A stretch of DNA of 64,000 bases, from NCBI GenBank assembly GCA_905178155.1, contig CAJINV010000002.1, positions 2,574,226 through 2,638,225 on the forward strand. The letters run 5' to 3'. The notes under the pieces were generated by a model. The model saw nothing but the letters and a program-made list of their open reading frames with translations. It was not told the DNA's origin and searched no databases. Both the position numbers and the translations under genes were made by a program. This document shows, one piece after another, positions 60,717 to 64,000 of the stretch (positions are counted from its first letter, which is position 1; the number at the start of each line of letters is the position of its first letter). Origin of the DNA: Amoebophrya sp. A120. Lineage: Eukaryota; Protista; Dinoflagellata.

Positions 60717-63134
60717 ATGGGAGGCGCTTGCGCATCGAAGCAAGCGGTAGCAGCAGCGGAACCCGCTGCGGCAGCTCCGAAAGCCGAGAAAGGTACGAGA
60801 AATTATGGAGAGAAAAAAGTTTGTCACAGTCACTATCTTGCAGGTTTTGCATTACAAATTTTCTCAGCATCACAAACTTTCCTTGTATTGCAGAAACACT
60901 AGGGAAATCCCTAATGAAGTTTGGCTGTGATGCATTTTTACGCATGACAAACAATTTTGTATTGCAGGAATGCGCATGAGTGATCGTGACGAACTTTTTT
61001 TCTTTGATAGAAATGGTAGTAACAACAATAATTCTGATAACGAAAGTACTCCCCCACCTCCGTTGAAGTTCAACGATGAGAGCATTCCAAAAATAATAAT
61101 ACACCCCCCAGTGCCCACGCCCGAGCCGAGCAGCGCGAACGCCATCACACCGCAGCAGAGTGTATGGAAAGGAAAAACTGTTTCACTGTAGTAAACTTGT
61201 GATTGGCATAGAATGCAAGAACACAGACGCGTTTGGCTTGCTACACATGCAAGACAGTGATTGGGTTTTGAAACGTGTTTATTTCTCGTAGGAAGTACGC
61301 ATTGCAAGTTTTCTCTGTCATGTGTACTGAACTTGTGATGCAAAACCTGCAAAAAAATCCTTGCAGTGAAACATTCCTTTCCCTCTCCATACTCCGCGGA
61401 CGTCGCTATCCCCCGTGAGGAGTCCAAACCCGCTGCCCCGATTCCGACCGGGAAATTCACCGAGGATGCTATCCTATGTAAAAACGTCCCCACCCCATAG
61501 TTGTCATGCATATGTGCAATGTACAGGAAGATTTGTAATGCGCATCTCCATGAGGGACATTTCCAGTCGTGTTTCGGACTTTGTAAATATAATGCTGTAA
61601 ACAGGATGAGAAGCTGGGTTTCTCATGCGGCTGCCCTTGCTAACCAGCACTACACTGCAGATGGAAATTTGTGATGCACAACTCACAAAACTTGGAGATT
61701 TGTGTTGCAGCCTTCCCATCTTGATTCTGGCGCGGGGACGTAGTTTTTACTCAGGATAGATGCGTACTTTGAGCTACCGGAAGGCGTCGCTGCCGAAGAG
61801 GTCACCAAGTTTCACTCGGCCGTGCGGTGGGGCATATGCATTGCAAACGTATCTTGCTGGTAGAAGTCCTTGCAGTCTTGCATGACAAAGCTGGTTTCTG
61901 TAGGCAATGCACCACGACAAGTTCCAATTCCATTTGTCATGCTGAGCAAATTTGTGTTGCCATTACTCCTATCACGCTACTTTAACTTTTGCAATGCATA
62001 GGGCAAGCCGATCGCGGATTTGGAGCCGTTTTTGGTAGAGGACATGGGCGGAAAACCGGATTTGCTCAACGCCGCTGATTATCAAATGCAAAAATGTCTG
62101 GGTCTGGAAGAATGCAACTTGTAATGCGTATTTCAGAACACCATGCATACGTAGCAAAAGCTCCCACTTTTTGTCAGAAAAATAGGGGACTTGTCATGCG
62201 GATTCGGCATTGCGGAAGGTTCTCCAAACCTGTGATGCTAGAGCTTCCATGCCAGCCCTTCTGGGTAATGCAAAAACAGCATGACTCTTCCAGACCCAGA
62301 CATTTTTACATTTGATACTGATCAGAAGAACGGGAACCGGGCCGTGCACATCGCCGCGCAGAATGGGCATGAGGAGATCACGAAGTGGCTGATTGGCACG
62401 CTGAGTGCGGATGCGAACGCGCAGAATCGGAAGGGGCAGACGCCGTTGCACATGTATAAAATTGTGTTGAATGAACGTGCTTCACCTTTTTATGCATGAC
62501 AAACCACGGTTCTGAATGGTACACTCTGCATCACAAATCTATATGGCAAATCAGGTCTATCGAGTACGACTTTTACTTTCAAAACGTTTTTCTCCTGACG
62601 TCCGGCGCGGACCAAACCTTAACCAACGCGGACGGGCACCCGGCGATGTTGGGCATCGACGGGAAATATGCATTGCAAATATGTCTGGGTCTGGAAAGTT
62701 GGAACTTGTAATGCTGGTCTTGCATTCCTGTCAGATCTGTATTGCATGACTCACAAAAGTCGCAGCCTCTACTGTCATACAAAAACGCAGTTTCTCATGC
62801 GGAGCGCGTATGAGGAAGCGTTTTGCAAACGTGTAATGCGTTCCTGCATGAGGGAGCGTTTTCGTCATGCACATTTCAGCATCACAAATTTCCAGACCCA
62901 GACATATTTGCATTTGATAGGAAAAAATCCGGGGTGGAGGCCTGGGATCACGCCATGCAGAAGCTGAAGGCCGTCCGGGATGAAGCGAGTATGGAAGACG
63001 CGTTTGCGGCACTGGAAGCGTGCACGGATGAACTGGACAAGGGCATGCTGGGCATGACGGGGATGAAGAAAAAGAAGCAATACAAGGAGTGGTGGGATGT
63101 GAAACGGTTCACGGAAATCATGTCGAAGTTTTGA
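60717..63134 (+). CDS. Gene 11: ankyrin-repeat protein with N-terminal myristoylation/palmitoylation-type motif (MGGACAS)
   Basis: FHSAVRWG, NGNRAVHIAAQNGH, NRKGQTPLHMS ankyrin motifs; 6 introners plus GT-AG intron 62454-62554. Confidence 0.85.
60804..61009. mobile_element. Introner family F-like
   Basis: TIR TAT..AGAAAAAAGTTTGTCAC; DR GAAAT. Confidence 0.85.
61163..61391. mobile_element. Introner family F
   Basis: TIR; DR diverged GAGTG/CTCCG. Confidence 0.8.
61470..61758. mobile_element. Introner family C
   Basis: TIR; DR GATGC. Confidence 0.9.
61835..62000. mobile_element. Introner family D-like
   Basis: TIR TATGCATTGCAAA; DR GGGCA. Confidence 0.85.
62080..62317. mobile_element. Introner family A
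   Basis: TIR; DR CTGAT. Confidence 0.9.
62454..62554 (+). other. GT-AG intron with introner motifs
   Basis: GTATAA..ATCAG; GCATGACA and GCATCACA inside; restores TPLHMSIEYD. Confidence 0.75.
62667..62919. mobile_element. Introner family A
   Basis: TIR; DR GGAAA. Confidence 0.9.
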
Positions 63135-64000
63135 TGATAAAGTAAAAACCAAATGGAATGGATCGATAAACGACATATGAAACCGTTTGAGTTTTGACAA
63201 GACATCTACAGGAGCCTGTAGTTCTGCTGGGGGTTACTATTTATGAATTGTAAAAAATGCACCATCTAGTATAGCACGTGCTGTAGTTACAACACATTAG
63301 TCGCGCGCAGCCACGAAGATCCGATTTCTGACCAATCATCCGCCGGCCGAAAACTTTATCTGGGGCAAGTAGCTTGCTTCTCAACAGGAAAAGGCATAGA
63401 CCTTAAAAGTACTAAGTAGTACTCTAGAAAGTAGTTATTTCGCGACCATTTATGATACCTATGATTTTAGGAAGTAGAAGATACTCATTCTCGCCGATCT
63501 ACTACGTCTACCCACGAAGGAACTTGAGAATACAACTTTTTACGCCTGCACATTGCTTGAGCTTCACGCCTGTACAATATTTTGAGCAACGACTCTAAGT
63601 GCATAATTCCAAGGTATGTCCGCATCATGTATCGTCCATTTTGGGAGCGGCAAAGCGCAGGTTTGGTTTTCAATGCTTTGAAAAAGTAGAATCTGCGGTG
63701 TTCAACAAGTACAGCACACGTAATATATTCGACTGCTTAGTCGCGATGTGCAGGGACGAGTCAAAATCATGCATTGTGCAAAAACATTGAATAATCGGTC
63801 TAGAAGAGGTTCATTGCTTGGGCATGTGCTGCATAAATGTCGGTTTTTTTTTTCACCCTTTCCCTGCGTCTACTCGGTGAAGGTGCACACGACCAGAATT
63901 GAGGTCCATGAAAGGACGCACTGGTAGCTCCACATGCGTAAACACGATTCGGTTTCTTTTGTTTTTGTGCATACACTACATCATGATTTCTGTACAAGTA

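Noticed and set aside
6168-62919. Recurrent peptides such as MSGSGR, PDPDIF, KCKNVWVWK, FQTQT in many short ORFs as a protein family
   Set aside because: They are translations of the family A TIR in various frames, not genes
1678-62919. Autonomous transposase for the elements, or assignment to a named superfamily
   Set aside because: All copies are under 330 bp and non-coding; TAT ends with 5-bp DR do not let me assign a superfamily
167-63134. Reassigned stop codons, as in one Amoebophrya lineage
   Set aside because: Exons are long and open in the standard code and end in TAA, TAG or TGA

Overview
Eukaryotic, gene-dense DNA that most resembles a syndinian dinoflagellate parasite (Amoebophrya-like; inferred from gene and intron architecture only). 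I reconstruct 11 protein genes, all on the + strand. They are interrupted by about 80 MITE-like introner elements (140-330 bp, roughly 20 kb in total) from at least 8 terminal-inverted-repeat (TIR) families, plus about 10 GT-AG introns. Nearly every element runs TAT...ATA and most are flanked by a 5-bp direct repeat (DR). Removing element+5 nt restored the frame at every junction I translated, including copies in opposite orientation and copies whose DR has vanished. All families share an internal GCAT(G/C/T)ACA octamer. Genes include a divergent myosin with degenerate nucleotide motifs, a Cys/EF-hand-repeat type I membrane protein with 26 introners, a secreted FkbM-like protein, an acylated ankyrin protein and several secreted or single-pass orphans. 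A 1.2-kb GC-rich island is unexplained. Most short ORFs in the supplied track are artefacts of the repeats. Coordinates and counts were read by hand.
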